Shown one piece after another: positions 1-8,459 of a stretch of 64,000 nt of DNA. The notes under the pieces are model-generated. The model worked only from the letters and a program-made list of their open reading frames with translations, ran no database searches and had not been told where the DNA came from. Origin of the DNA: a virus; the IMG/VR virus record IMGVR_UViG_3300045988_140118. One strand, 5' to 3'. Position 1 is the first letter of the stretch. Every line of letters begins with the position of its first letter. The translations under genes and the position numbers were made by a program.

Positions 1-1
1 C

Positions 2-643
2 CTCAGATGTTATAAACGAACTTGCGGATTTTTATGTGACACCCCTGAAGCTCTCTTAGTCAAGAAGAGTTTTCCTGAAAAAGAGAAGACAATTCCCTGT
101 ATAGTTGATACGGTGGAAAAACTGGGAAACAAAATAATCTGTTTAACCGGAGGAGAGCCTCTACTACAAGAGGGAGTTGAAACTCTTCTTAAAACGTTAT
201 CTTCAAAAGGGTATAACGTAGTAGTGGAAACTAATGGAAGTGTGGGTATTTCTAAGTACCGAAACATAGAAAATGTTAGTTTTGTAGTAGACTATAAACT
301 ACCCTCGACAGGAGAAGATGGTAAAATGGATTCTACTGTGTGGCCTCTTATGAAAGCAGATGACTATCTAAAATTTGTGGTTTCAAACGGCGATGACTTA
401 CTAAACCTACGTACATGGTTAGGACTTTACGCTGCTTCTTTTAAAGGAATTATTGCAATAGGTTCTATGTGGGAAGTATGTTGTTTTAGTCAAGAGGAAC
501 TGTTGGCCCACATATCTTCTTTATCTGTGGAATTTCCCTCTGTAAGATTTTGCTTAAATATGCAAACCCACAAACTGATAAGCCTTTACGATCAGACTCC
601 GAAACTTGACTTACAAAGGATAAAAATCAAAAAAGATTTGTAG
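2..643 (+). CDS. queE: 7-carboxy-7-deazaguanine synthase-like radical SAM protein (QueE-like), 5' end cut by window edge
   Basis: Frame is open from nt 2 with no stop. Cys cluster RCYKRTCGFLCDT, LTGGEPLLQ, VVETNGS and DYKLPSTGE motifs resemble QueE. The Cys spacing is non-canonical. Confidence 0.7.
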   Translation, partial: LRCYKRTCGFLCDTPEALLVKKSFPEKEKTIPCIVDTVEKLGNKIICLTGGEPLLQEGVETLLKTLSSKGYNVVVETNGSVGISKYRNIENVSFVVDYKLPSTGEDGKMDSTVWPLMKADDYLKFVVSNGDDLLNLRTWLGLYAASFKGIIAIGSMWEVCCFSQEELLAHISSLSVEFPSVRFCLNMQTHKLISLYDQTPKLDLQRIKIKKDL

Positions 644-659
644 ATCATGCTTTTATTTG

Positions 660-667
660 TATCTTTG
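660..667 (+). promoter_or_regulatory. Bacteroidota-type -7 box TATCTTTG (TAnnTTTG), with TTTG at 637-640 (19 nt spacing)
   Basis: Exact match to TAnnTTTG 45 nt upstream of the ATG at 712. A -33-like TTTG sits at the canonical spacing. Confidence 0.6.
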
Positions 668-711
668 GAGGCGTATAAATTATTTGTTTTACTTTTAATT
701 AAAAGAAAATC

Positions 712-948
712 ATGGCTAAAATTACAGAATTGACCATTTTGAATCCATCGGATAAGACCCGTATGTATTCCGTTGCAACAGGAAAGGGTGCTCCTGCTGA
801 TGCAGACGATGTTTTAGTAACAGACATTCGTACTTACCCTGCTGGGTCACAGTATACCGATCTGACCGGAGGAAAGTTTTATGTTCGTACAAAAGAAGAA
901 GCCAAGGTTGCCGATTGGGCTAACATCGGATCTTCAGCTGGAGCATAA
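712..948 (+). CDS. hypothetical protein (78 aa)
   Basis: ATG ORF directly downstream of a promoter-like box. Balanced amino-acid composition. Confidence 0.6.
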   Translation: MAKITELTILNPSDKTRMYSVATGKGAPADADDVLVTDIRTYPAGSQYTDLTGGKFYVRTKEEAKVADWANIGSSAGA

Positions 949-966
949 AAGAGATTAACCATTAAA

Positions 967-1425
967 ATGGGGATGTGGGAATTTCTGCATCCCCTATTTT
1001 TATTTATGGATAGTATAAGAAAACTTATTAGGATTTATACGCCTTTTATCGTTACCCTTTGTAATTTGACATACGGTGTATTATTTCTGAAGGAAACATT
1101 AACCGATAACGAAGCATTTACTTTGAATGTTATTTCCGGTTGTTCTTTCAGCTTTGTGATATACGTTTGGGCTGCAAGTAAGCACATGTGTATATGGTAC
1201 AAACTGAATCTACTGAGCATGGTTTTGATGTTGGTGGATACAGTCTTATATTATGTAACTGATGTAATAGACCGAGTGTTATACAGCTACATTTATGTGT
1301 TATTAGCGACAGCAGGATTGATTTGCTTTCTAGCATTTTGGTTTACGTTCGTACTTTTTAGAAACGTGGTGTGTAATCGCAAACATTCAAAAGTACAAGA
1401 AGAACGCCAAGACCTAGTTCCTTGA
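967..1425 (+). CDS. hypothetical multi-pass membrane protein
   Basis: 152 aa with about 4 hydrophobic segments. The 3' end overlaps the convergent LuxR-type gene by 68 nt. Confidence 0.5.
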   Translation: MGMWEFLHPLFLFMDSIRKLIRIYTPFIVTLCNLTYGVLFLKETLTDNEAFTLNVISGCSFSFVIYVWAASKHMCIWYKLNLLSMVLMLVDTVLYYVTDVIDRVLYSYIYVLLATAGLICFLAFWFTFVLFRNVVCNRKHSKVQEERQDLVP

Positions 1426-1666
1426 TTGCTTGTAACGAGAATTTCTTTCCCTTCGTATGCGCAATGTATGCCGGGATTATTTCTGAGTTCTTGGATAATC
1501 CGTTATTAGCACGAATGTGTCTTGTATGGTTGTTTACTGTGAAACGGGAGATATGCAGCTTGTCAGCGATTTCCTTTTCTGAGAAACCTCTTGATATGTA
1601 ATCGGCTACCTCCAATTCTCTTGTACTAAAGATTGGTGTCTTTGCGTCATTGTATATCTTATCCAT
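1358..1666 (-). CDS. LuxR/GerE-type helix-turn-helix transcriptional regulator
   Basis: STRELEVADYISRGFSEKEIADKLHISRFTVNNHTRHIRANNGL matches the LuxR C-terminal HTH pattern (LTxRExEV..G.S.KEIA..L.IS..TV..H..I). Confidence 0.8.
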   Translation of the reverse strand: MDKIYNDAKTPIFSTRELEVADYISRGFSEKEIADKLHISRFTVNNHTRHIRANNGLSKNSEIIPAYIAHTKGKKFSLQAIKELGLGVLLVLLNVCDYTPRF

Positions 1667-1688
1667 AAGGAGTTAATTTGTAGTAATA

Positions 1689-1696
1689 CAAAAGTA
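1689..1696 (-). promoter_or_regulatory. -7 box TACTTTTG (read on minus strand) for the LuxR-type gene
   Basis: Plus-strand CAAAAGTA is TAnnTTTG on the minus strand, 23 nt upstream of the minus-strand ATG at 1666. Confidence 0.45.
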
Positions 1697-1721
1697 ACAA
1701 ATTAGAGGGACACTTGTTCTG

Positions 1722-1731
1722 CCCCCCCCCC
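1722..1731. repeat. C10 homopolymer in a divergent intergenic region
   Basis: Ten consecutive C counted in the sequence. It lies between divergent starts at 1666 (-) and 1751 (+). Confidence 0.95.
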
Positions 1732-1750
1732 TAGAAATTTTTAGAATATT

Positions 1751-2071
1751 ATGAAATACGAAGAATTGTTCGTTGAGATTCTGACCGTTGTGTCGGATGT
1801 TACCAGTTTAAGTGTAGTAGACATACTCACTTCCAACCGTGAAGAATGTGTAGATGCCAGACACATCTTAATATACACATTAAGCGTTAGAGGTTTCTCT
1901 GACTGCAAAATTGCGGAGTTAATGAAAATTACAAGACCTGCTGTTTGTATGGCACGTAATAGTTTCAAGTACAGAAGAAAGCGGTATTTCGTTAACCTTC
2001 ATTATCAAGAAGTTTACTCCCTAATTTTTGTCAGTAAAGAACCTGTTAACGATACGGTAAAGAAGCAGTAA
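1751..2071 (+). CDS. small HTH DNA-binding protein (DnaA domain IV-like / sigma region-4-like)
   Basis: SNREECVDARHILIYTLSVRGFSDCKIAELMKITRPAV resembles the DnaA C-terminal HTH pattern. Assignment is weak. Confidence 0.4.
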   Translation: MKYEELFVEILTVVSDVTSLSVVDILTSNREECVDARHILIYTLSVRGFSDCKIAELMKITRPAVCMARNSFKYRRKRYFVNLHYQEVYSLIFVSKEPVNDTVKKQ

Positions 2072-2165
2072 CTCGATCTTTTGCCAGTCATAACTAAATT
2101 CAGACCTTTGGAGTAATTCCTAAAGAGAGGAAGAATCTTTATTATTCAATCAAAAATTTAATGTT

Positions 2166-2675
2166 ATGACCGCAGAGGAATTAATGGCCATCAATGGTGT
2201 GACCAAAGGTACAGACATGAGTTCTTACGAACATTTTATGGTATCTGAAAAGTCAGCACGCAGACCTTCAGGAGTTGGTATTGCAGGCTTGGCAATCGGT
2301 AGCACTGCCCTTTTAGTAGGTGTTGGTGCTTGGATTTTCGGAGGTGTTTATGCTGCTCAGGGAGCTAAATCTAATGCCCGTGATATTGACCGTCTAGCTT
2401 CTTTCCAATTACAGGATCGTGCTGAACGTATCGGCTATCAGGGACAGAACACACCTGGAGTAGTTGACATCATTCGTATTATGAACAACGCTCAGAGTGG
2501 AGCAGGTGCCGGAGCTGGTGCCGGTGCTAACGCATTGGCTACTGCTGAAGCTCTCGCATTGCTTAACAATGCAAGTGGAGGTGGCATGGGACGCAACGGA
2601 CAGGTTTGTCCTCAACCAGTTGCTTTGTACCAGCCAGCTATGCCGTGCTCTTGCCCGGGTGGTTGCAATCAGTAA
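2166..2675 (+). CDS. hypothetical membrane protein with Gly/Ala-rich and Cys-rich C-terminus
   Basis: 169 aa with a TM segment (GIAGLAIGSTALLVGVGAWIFGGV), a GAGAGAGAGA run and a C-terminal CPQP...CSCPGGC. Confidence 0.55.
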   Translation: MTAEELMAINGVTKGTDMSSYEHFMVSEKSARRPSGVGIAGLAIGSTALLVGVGAWIFGGVYAAQGAKSNARDIDRLASFQLQDRAERIGYQGQNTPGVVDIIRIMNNAQSGAGAGAGAGANALATAEALALLNNASGGGMGRNGQVCPQPVALYQPAMPCSCPGGCNQ

Positions 2676-2734
2676 CAACAAAGAAAAGGGAGTGCTCTTT
2701 AGGGAGTATTCCCTTCTCCCTTTAGTACCTTAAT

Positions 2735-3088
2735 ATGTGGAATAGAAATAAAGTGACCCCAGAAATGATGAAAGGTATTAGACCTACAAGCAAATTGTCT
2801 CTGAAATTAACTTGTCTAGCGGTTAATAAAGGGGATGTTGACAAAGCTATGAAGATGTATGAATACTTTGCAAAGGACATGGATTTGCCTGATGTTGATC
2901 CTGTAGCTCCTACTACTTTTCAACAAGTGAAAGAAACTGCCGGAGGAATTTTTGGATGGGTGAAAGAAAACCAAGAAGATTTAGCGAAGGCTTTTAACAT
3001 GGTACAAAGTTTTCGATCCGGTAAGACAATAAGTGTGGCTCCTTCTGCTCCTGTGGAAGTTCCGCCACCATTACCCCCAGTAGAATAA
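2735..3088 (+). CDS. hypothetical protein
   Basis: 117 aa ATG ORF, co-directional and tightly spaced. Confidence 0.55.
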   Translation: MWNRNKVTPEMMKGIRPTSKLSLKLTCLAVNKGDVDKAMKMYEYFAKDMDLPDVDPVAPTTFQQVKETAGGIFGWVKENQEDLAKAFNMVQSFRSGKTISVAPSAPVEVPPPLPPVE

Positions 3089-3106
3089 TTGTAAACCGTG
3101 AATAAG

Positions 3107-3313
3107 ATGTTGAAACCTTTTGAACTCAAAGTTTTCATCTACGCAGAAGATGAACAGGAAGTTAAAGATGCTGCCAAGGCAGTATATGACTTTATAGAAG
3201 AGAATCGACAAGAAGGTAGAGTAATGACCGCCAAGAAACTTGCTGAAGCTCTTTCTCACTGGAAAGATAATTTTCTAGTAAAAACCGGAATTATTAATTT
3301 TTTAAATAAGTAA
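3107..3313 (+). CDS. hypothetical protein
   Basis: The ORF track starts at GTG 3098. The first ATG is at 3107. Confidence 0.5.
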   Translation: MLKPFELKVFIYAEDEQEVKDAAKAVYDFIEENRQEGRVMTAKKLAEALSHWKDNFLVKTGIINFLNK

Positions 3314-3318
3314 CGAAA

Positions 3319-3558
3319 ATGGCTAAACAAGGATGTGATAAAGATTGCAGTACTTGCGGTATCAATAACTGGACATATTGTGCTGTGCAATTTGGTTTGA
3401 AGAACCAAGAACTACTCCTGCAACAGCAAGAGATGATTTCCTCGTTAATAACAATTTTGTCTCCGTTATTTTCGCAAGCTACTGCCCCTATAGCTCCTTC
3501 AATTCCGGGGGAGGAAGATGTAAAAGAGAAAGTCCCGGAAAAAGAAACTAAAAAATAA
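3319..3558 (+). CDS. hypothetical protein with N-terminal Cys cluster
   Basis: CDKDCSTCGINNWTYC near the N-terminus. 79 aa. Confidence 0.5.
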   Translation: MAKQGCDKDCSTCGINNWTYCAVQFGLKNQELLLQQQEMISSLITILSPLFSQATAPIAPSIPGEEDVKEKVPEKETKK

Positions 3559-3570
3559 TTGGATAAGATT

Positions 3571-4017
3571 ATGATTCATGTAACTCCTATCGCAATTTCG
3601 GCTAACTCGCAGCAATATGCTTGCAGTATAACCGAGAATCTGTGTCAATGCTACTGCTTGAACGCAGATATTCAGCCTACGGCTGACGTTAAATTTTCCG
3701 TTGCTAGTCAACAAGTTGTTAATGGGATGACGTATCTCACCATTCTTGCAAAAGGTAGTATCACGTACTTACCTAGAGGTGCTAATAGATGTTGCTGCCG
3801 ACCGCTTACTAAGATGTTCGCAGAAACATTTGACTGTATTTTTGCTGGAGCTAAGACTTCTGCTCCTACACTTACTGTAGGCTCTACTTTGGATTCCGCA
3901 GCTAATGTAAAATGTAACGGCAATGTGTTTGCCTACAATTTATTGACCCCTGTAACTATAGCGTTTGCAACTGCCTCTGAGGAAAGTGCTGCTGTAGCTG
4001 CCTCTAAAGTGAAGTGA
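3571..4017 (+). CDS. hypothetical Cys-rich protein
   Basis: The ORF track starts at TTG 3559. The first ATG is at 3571. Several Cys clusters (CQCYC, RCCCRP). Confidence 0.5.
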   Translation: MIHVTPIAISANSQQYACSITENLCQCYCLNADIQPTADVKFSVASQQVVNGMTYLTILAKGSITYLPRGANRCCCRPLTKMFAETFDCIFAGAKTSAPTLTVGSTLDSAANVKCNGNVFAYNLLTPVTIAFATASEESAAVAASKVK

Positions 4018-4340
4018 TGAAAGACTTATTGTGCATAATGCTAATAGCCGTACTCTTTAACCATTTGGGACTTGCTGATACAGTAACTTTTCATACAAAG
4101 CGTAACGTCCTGATAAATTGTTCCAAATGCTTGACTTTTTGGAGTACACTTGGATATTCCCTGCTTGTTTTAAAGTGGGGAATTATCCTCGCTTTCTTAG
4201 CCGCTTTTTCTTGCGCCTATTGTGCATTATGGACAGAATTAGTTCTGAATGTTTTTAATTACTTTTATCAGAAAACCTATGGCAAAATATATTCCGAAAC
4301 CGATAAAGCAAATGCCGACTCGACCGATAAAATGCCCTAA
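4017..4340 (+). CDS. hypothetical membrane protein (about 3 TM)
   Basis: ATG 4017 shares one nucleotide with the upstream TGA stop. Hydrophobic segments and a charged C-terminus. Confidence 0.55.
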   Translation: MKDLLCIMLIAVLFNHLGLADTVTFHTKRNVLINCSKCLTFWSTLGYSLLVLKWGIILAFLAAFSCAYCALWTELVLNVFNYFYQKTYGKIYSETDKANADSTDKMP

Positions 4341-4352
4341 TTGTAAATAGCT

Positions 4353-4874
4353 ATGGATAAGAAAGAATTGCTAGAAAAGTTTGACGCTCTCTTGAAAGAA
4401 GCCATGAAGACTAACGATAAAGAAGATATTGTAATGTCGATGGATATGTTCAAGAAGACGTTTTTGTTGTTGGCTGATACGAATTTTCGTGATGCCAAAG
4501 AGGTATACGAGTGTTTCGATGGAACACTAAAGTATTATAATTTCCTGACTGAAACCGAAGCGGATGCGGTTGTAGACCACTTCGTTAATCAGGATGGAAG
4601 TAAAGGCCCTAAATGGAGGGATGCTGATGACCTGTTTAAGATCATTGAAGATATGGGTGGTAAAATAGAGTGTGCTCCATACTACAATAAATGGGCGCTG
4701 TACGTTACCATGAACAAATTTTTCTCCGATCAGAACAGTGCCATCTTAAAATGGGTAGGAGATAACAAAGACAAGTACATCGAGGCTTGCTATGACTTGT
4801 CCGTTACTCAGTTAAAAGACAAGGACCGTCCCAATTGGGTTCGGTGGTACTTTCACGTAGAAGATAAATTCTAA
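4353..4874 (+). CDS. hypothetical protein
   Basis: 173 aa with protein-like composition. Followed by an intrinsic terminator. Confidence 0.65.
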   Translation: MDKKELLEKFDALLKEAMKTNDKEDIVMSMDMFKKTFLLLADTNFRDAKEVYECFDGTLKYYNFLTETEADAVVDHFVNQDGSKGPKWRDADDLFKIIEDMGGKIECAPYYNKWALYVTMNKFFSDQNSAILKWVGDNKDKYIEACYDLSVTQLKDKDRPNWVRWYFHVEDKF

Positions 4875-4897
4875 GGTTTATTTTCGTCTATTCCGGT

Positions 4898-4937
4898 ATA
4901 GGGTGCTGCATGTGATATGTAACACCCTATTTTTTTA
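4898..4937 (+). terminator. rho-independent terminator
   Basis: ATAGGGTG (4898-4905) pairs with CACCCTAT (4923-4930), followed by a T-run. Confidence 0.7.
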
Positions 4938-5009
4938 AGCGTTCTGTCTCAATTTGGAAGTTTTCAAGTTTACCCGTATATTTACACATCTTAAAAAAGA
5001 AATTCCGCT

Positions 5010-5396
5010 ATGCTAGAACCAAATTTGTTTTCGCTTCTATTTCCGGAAGAACATCCTATAGGGGATGCCAAAATAATTATACGAGGAAGGTTTCCGGAAG
5101 AAATTACACCTATCTGCAATTTCTTGAATAAAGAACTTCCTTTTCATGCAGAAATACTTTTTACCAAAGACAAAGGGAATGATTTCGCTGTTAAGTGTTT
5201 GAACGAAGCGATAGATGCTATTTTTGAAGAAGATTATGACGGACCTAATTACATAGGAAAGTTTTCCGGTTGTGAGGTGTTTATTCCGTATAATTGCATA
5301 AAGTTTTTTGAGAAGTTTACGGATGTTCTCCACATTTCTGAGGTATTGGAAATACCTGGAACACATAGTGCGAGACTTTTAAAATGCAGAATGTGA
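5010..5396 (+). CDS. hypothetical protein
   Basis: 128 aa. The antisense ORF 5037-5366 has poorer composition. Confidence 0.55.
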   Translation: MLEPNLFSLLFPEEHPIGDAKIIIRGRFPEEITPICNFLNKELPFHAEILFTKDKGNDFAVKCLNEAIDAIFEEDYDGPNYIGKFSGCEVFIPYNCIKFFEKFTDVLHISEVLEIPGTHSARLLKCRM

Positions 5397-5689
5397 TGGG
5401 AAGATTTATACCTAAAATGCTAGTTCGTACTTCGTATGGTACAGGACCCTATAAGATTATAGACGTGACAGAAAATTGTGAGTGTCCGTCTTTTAGTGAT
5501 TCTATAACGTTACTAGATAAAGCACCCCATTCAAGGAAACATGTGCACATTCGTTGCCGTGACCTTGTAAATAGATACAGTAACTACTATCTGAACGGAT
5601 ATGATGAAAACGGGTTATCTGTATGGGATGAAAATAACCGTTTGATCGTATGTGCCGAAGAAACATTACTACTAACTTTATTTTTATAA
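5384..5689 (+). CDS. hypothetical protein
   Basis: 101 aa. The stop TAA overlaps the next ATG by 1 nt. Confidence 0.55.
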   Translation: MQNVMGRFIPKMLVRTSYGTGPYKIIDVTENCECPSFSDSITLLDKAPHSRKHVHIRCRDLVNRYSNYYLNGYDENGLSVWDENNRLIVCAEETLLLTLFL

Positions 5690-6171
5690 TGACACAATTA
5701 GAACTTGCTACGAGAATCAAAGAAGTGACTCCCTCTTTACAGAGGAGCGCTTACTATTTTACCGGGAATATGGATGATGCCTCTGACTTATTTCAGGATA
5801 CTATGGTTGCGGTGACTGCCAACATAGATAAATTTTCTCCTGAGACTAATTTCCATGCGTGGTGTCAAGTAGTTCTGAAGAATCTGTTTTATGATAAGTG
5901 GAGACAGAAAAATTCCCGTCCTCCCACTGTACCAACAAGTGAACAGTATTGCGGAAGTGTTGTAGATCCGTCTCCAATGGACTTTACCCATATTTGGAAT
6001 ACTATTGACCATTTACCAAAGCCGTGGTCTACTGTGATGAAGCTGCGTGTGTCCGGTTATGGGTACCAAGAGATCAGTGATAAATTAGGTATTCCGTTGG
6101 GAACTGTAAAAAGTAGAATCAGTCTTTCTAGAAAACGTCTGAGTAAAGATTTGGCTGAATATTTGTTTTAA
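5689..6171 (+). CDS. ECF-type sigma-70 family RNA polymerase sigma factor
   Basis: Region-2-like DLFQDTMVAV...FHAWCQVVLKNLFYDKWRQ and region-4 HTH GYQEISDKLGIPLGTVKSRISLSRKRL. Start moved to ATG 5689 (the track ORF begins at 5650). Confidence 0.8.
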   Translation: MTQLELATRIKEVTPSLQRSAYYFTGNMDDASDLFQDTMVAVTANIDKFSPETNFHAWCQVVLKNLFYDKWRQKNSRPPTVPTSEQYCGSVVDPSPMDFTHIWNTIDHLPKPWSTVMKLRVSGYGYQEISDKLGIPLGTVKSRISLSRKRLSKDLAEYLF

Positions 6172-6186
6172 TAAAGAATTAACTAG

Positions 6187-6194
6187 TATATTTG
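6187..6194 (+). promoter_or_regulatory. -7 box TATATTTG
   Basis: TAnnTTTG 26 nt upstream of the ATG at 6220. Confidence 0.5.
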
Positions 6195-6219
6195 TCAGAA
6201 ACTAAAACTTATTTATCGT

Positions 6220-6492
6220 ATGAATGAACAAGGTAAACTAGCAACAGATGTTGCTAACAATACAGTACAATGTTTAATGTTGGGAGAAGCAGTAAATGTA
6301 ACATCTGCTAATGTAACAGCCTATTTGCCTGTTATTCGGGTTTACGCTGAGGAAGCTACTAATTTGAAACTTTCCTCACAAGCGGGTGATGGAGTAGTGA
6401 TTCCCAAAGGAGGCGTAGAGTATTTTGGTGTGCGGTCGGGAGTTACCATAGTGGTAAACGGTAAAGCTAATATAATGGGTGTTAGGTTATGA
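6220..6492 (+). CDS. hypothetical protein
   Basis: 90 aa. Overlaps the next gene by 4 nt (ATGA). Confidence 0.55.
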   Translation: MNEQGKLATDVANNTVQCLMLGEAVNVTSANVTAYLPVIRVYAEEATNLKLSSQAGDGVVIPKGGVEYFGVRSGVTIVVNGKANIMGVRL

Positions 6493-7481
6493 TGAATCCA
6501 CAATTAGGGAGGTTGGGATCAGTCTCCCCATCGTTACTAAATGGTGGTTCTGCGAAACCTATTTTTCGTGGAGACTTAGTAGACTTCTTCACCTTTAAAG
6601 GGAAGGGTAATATGGACCTTGACCGTAATACAATAACCGGACTCCTAGAGAATAAATTAACAGCCTACAATTTTGGATGGAGTTTAATGTCAGGGTATGG
6701 GGGGTATAATGAAAATTATCTGACTTATTCTAAAGCTGCTAATGTATTCGTAACGGATGATCATTCTATTACGATAATGAACTTTGTTCCGGCCAATACT
6801 TGGATACTTTTCAAATATGGAACTGAGCATTTAAATACTACAAGAATAAGAGTGACAGGACTTACAGCCAATAACCAACTTGCTTATGGGTATTCACCTA
6901 CTAATGATGGAGCAAGAGTCTTAATGGCAATTCCCTCAGATGGAGAATATGATTTACCTAAGAGTGTAGTTAATACTCAAACTTATAATGTTGGTTTCAT
7001 TGTACAGAACGCCTTATCTCAAAATGTAACTATACAGCAAATTCCAGAATATGAAGGGGCAATAGTTACGGATGGCGTTAACGATTATCTGAAACTTGAT
7101 AAGGTAGGATATAAGATAGGAACTGTTATAATTAAATATGTCCCTATTTCAATACATGCAGGATGGAATGTAGTATTTGATACCTATAATGATGTTTATG
7201 AAAATAAATGCTTAATGTTCTACAATAGAATTGTTAGCAATTGGGGTTCTACTATGAACAGAAAAATTATAAATGATTATTCTGCATTTGTTAGCAACAC
7301 TCCTAAAAATGTAGATGTGCCTTTATATCTTGCAGCAAGGTATGAAAATACAGTTAAAGATTATCTTAATATGGCTCTATATGATATTGCTATTTACAGC
7401 ACTGCTCTGTCTGAGGAGGATGTTCAGAAAGAAATATCCGAAGCTTTTCCTAAATACGAACAATTAATTTTAAACAGGTGA
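6489..7481 (+). CDS. hypothetical protein with C-terminal LamG/concanavalin-like signature
   Basis: The C-terminal LYLAARYENTVKDYLNMALYDIAIYSTALSEEDVQKEI resembles the end of LamG-type lectin domains. Confidence 0.4.
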   Translation: MMNPQLGRLGSVSPSLLNGGSAKPIFRGDLVDFFTFKGKGNMDLDRNTITGLLENKLTAYNFGWSLMSGYGGYNENYLTYSKAANVFVTDDHSITIMNFVPANTWILFKYGTEHLNTTRIRVTGLTANNQLAYGYSPTNDGARVLMAIPSDGEYDLPKSVVNTQTYNVGFIVQNALSQNVTIQQIPEYEGAIVTDGVNDYLKLDKVGYKIGTVIIKYVPISIHAGWNVVFDTYNDVYENKCLMFYNRIVSNWGSTMNRKIINDYSAFVSNTPKNVDVPLYLAARYENTVKDYLNMALYDIAIYSTALSEEDVQKEISEAFPKYEQLILNR

Positions 7482-7780
7482 TTATGGATTTTTTTCTAAA
7501 GGAACCTTTATCTGTATACCAAAACGGAAATATGTACTCTATCCGGACGCAGACTAAAGGGGTAGAACAGTTAGGTCAAGTATTGTTTTTTGATGTGACT
7601 AAATCGGTGGCTATTTCCTTTGCAAAAGATTTTTGCTTAGAAAATACTTCCATGTTTCAGGTAAATAGAGTTATCAGTGATAAGGAAGTTTCATTAAGAG
7701 ACGTTCTTAAAGTAATTGCTGAGACTACTCTTTCTGACAATAAAAAACAAGAATTATTTTTAAAACTAAACTCTTTGTAA
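7478..7780 (+). CDS. hypothetical protein
   Basis: 100 aa with a 4-nt overlap to the upstream gene. Confidence 0.55.
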   Translation: MIMDFFLKEPLSVYQNGNMYSIRTQTKGVEQLGQVLFFDVTKSVAISFAKDFCLENTSMFQVNRVISDKEVSLRDVLKVIAETTLSDNKKQELFLKLNSL

Positions 7781-7781
7781 T

Positions 7782-8459
7782 ATGTTAGATAAAACAAAAA
7801 CCGATTCCGTATTAGGAGCAAGCGTAAATGAAATGCTTCTAGAGTTGGGAGTTGAAACTCCTATGGTTGGTTTAACTCCGTTAACGTCCGAAGATAAATA
7901 CGCCAGTATAAAAGATGCTGTTTTTGATATTATGCAGTGTTTGGGTCTTGACACGGAGGATGACAGTTTGGCACGTACTCCCCATAGAATAGCCAAGATG
8001 TTTTTGGACGAATTGTTTTGGGGACTTGACTACGATAATTTCCCGAAAATAACAACTATCGAGAATAAAATGCAGTATAATTCCTTGCTAATGGAAAGAC
8101 ACATTAAAGTTCATTCTATGTGTGAGCATCATTTCGTACCCATTATCGGAGAAGCTTTTATTGCATATATTCCCAACGAACGGGTGATAGGTCTTTCAAA
8201 GATCAATCGTGTTGTTGAGTTTTTCTGTAGAAGACCGCAAGTGCAAGAACGTTTATGTGAACAGATATTCCATACTTTACGCTATATTTTAGGCACCGAA
8301 AGCGTTGCCGTTCTTATTCGGGCAGAACATTCATGCGTAAAAGTAAGAGGTATTGAAGATATTAACTCTGACACGCAGACGTGCAGATTCTCCGGTGCGT
8401 TTAATGAAGTAGCTACCAGAGGAGAGTTTTACAGTTTAATCGGCATGAATAATGGCTAA
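7782..8459 (+). CDS. folE: GTP cyclohydrolase I (FolE type)
   Basis: RTPHRIAKMF, CEHHFVPIIGEAFIAYIP and GLSKINRVVEFFCRRPQVQERL are hallmark FolE motifs. Confidence 0.9.
   Translation: MLDKTKTDSVLGASVNEMLLELGVETPMVGLTPLTSEDKYASIKDAVFDIMQCLGLDTEDDSLARTPHRIAKMFLDELFWGLDYDNFPKITTIENKMQYNSLLMERHIKVHSMCEHHFVPIIGEAFIAYIPNERVIGLSKINRVVEFFCRRPQVQERLCEQIFHTLRYILGTESVAVLIRAEHSCVKVRGIEDINSDTQTCRFSGAFNEVATRGEFYSLIGMNNG

Noticed and set aside
2409-2733. ORFs 2409-2681 (-) and 2497-2733 (+) overlapping the Gly/Ala-rich gene
   Set aside because: They arise from the GC-rich GGTGCCGGAGCT-type repeats encoding the GAGAGA run of ORF 2166-2675, and are open in several frames for that reason.
5037-5366. 109-aa minus-strand ORF
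   Set aside because: It is almost coextensive with plus ORF 5010-5396. That ORF follows a plus-strand terminator and a TATATTTA box and is coupled to downstream genes. The minus product is K/F/R/I-rich with no start context.
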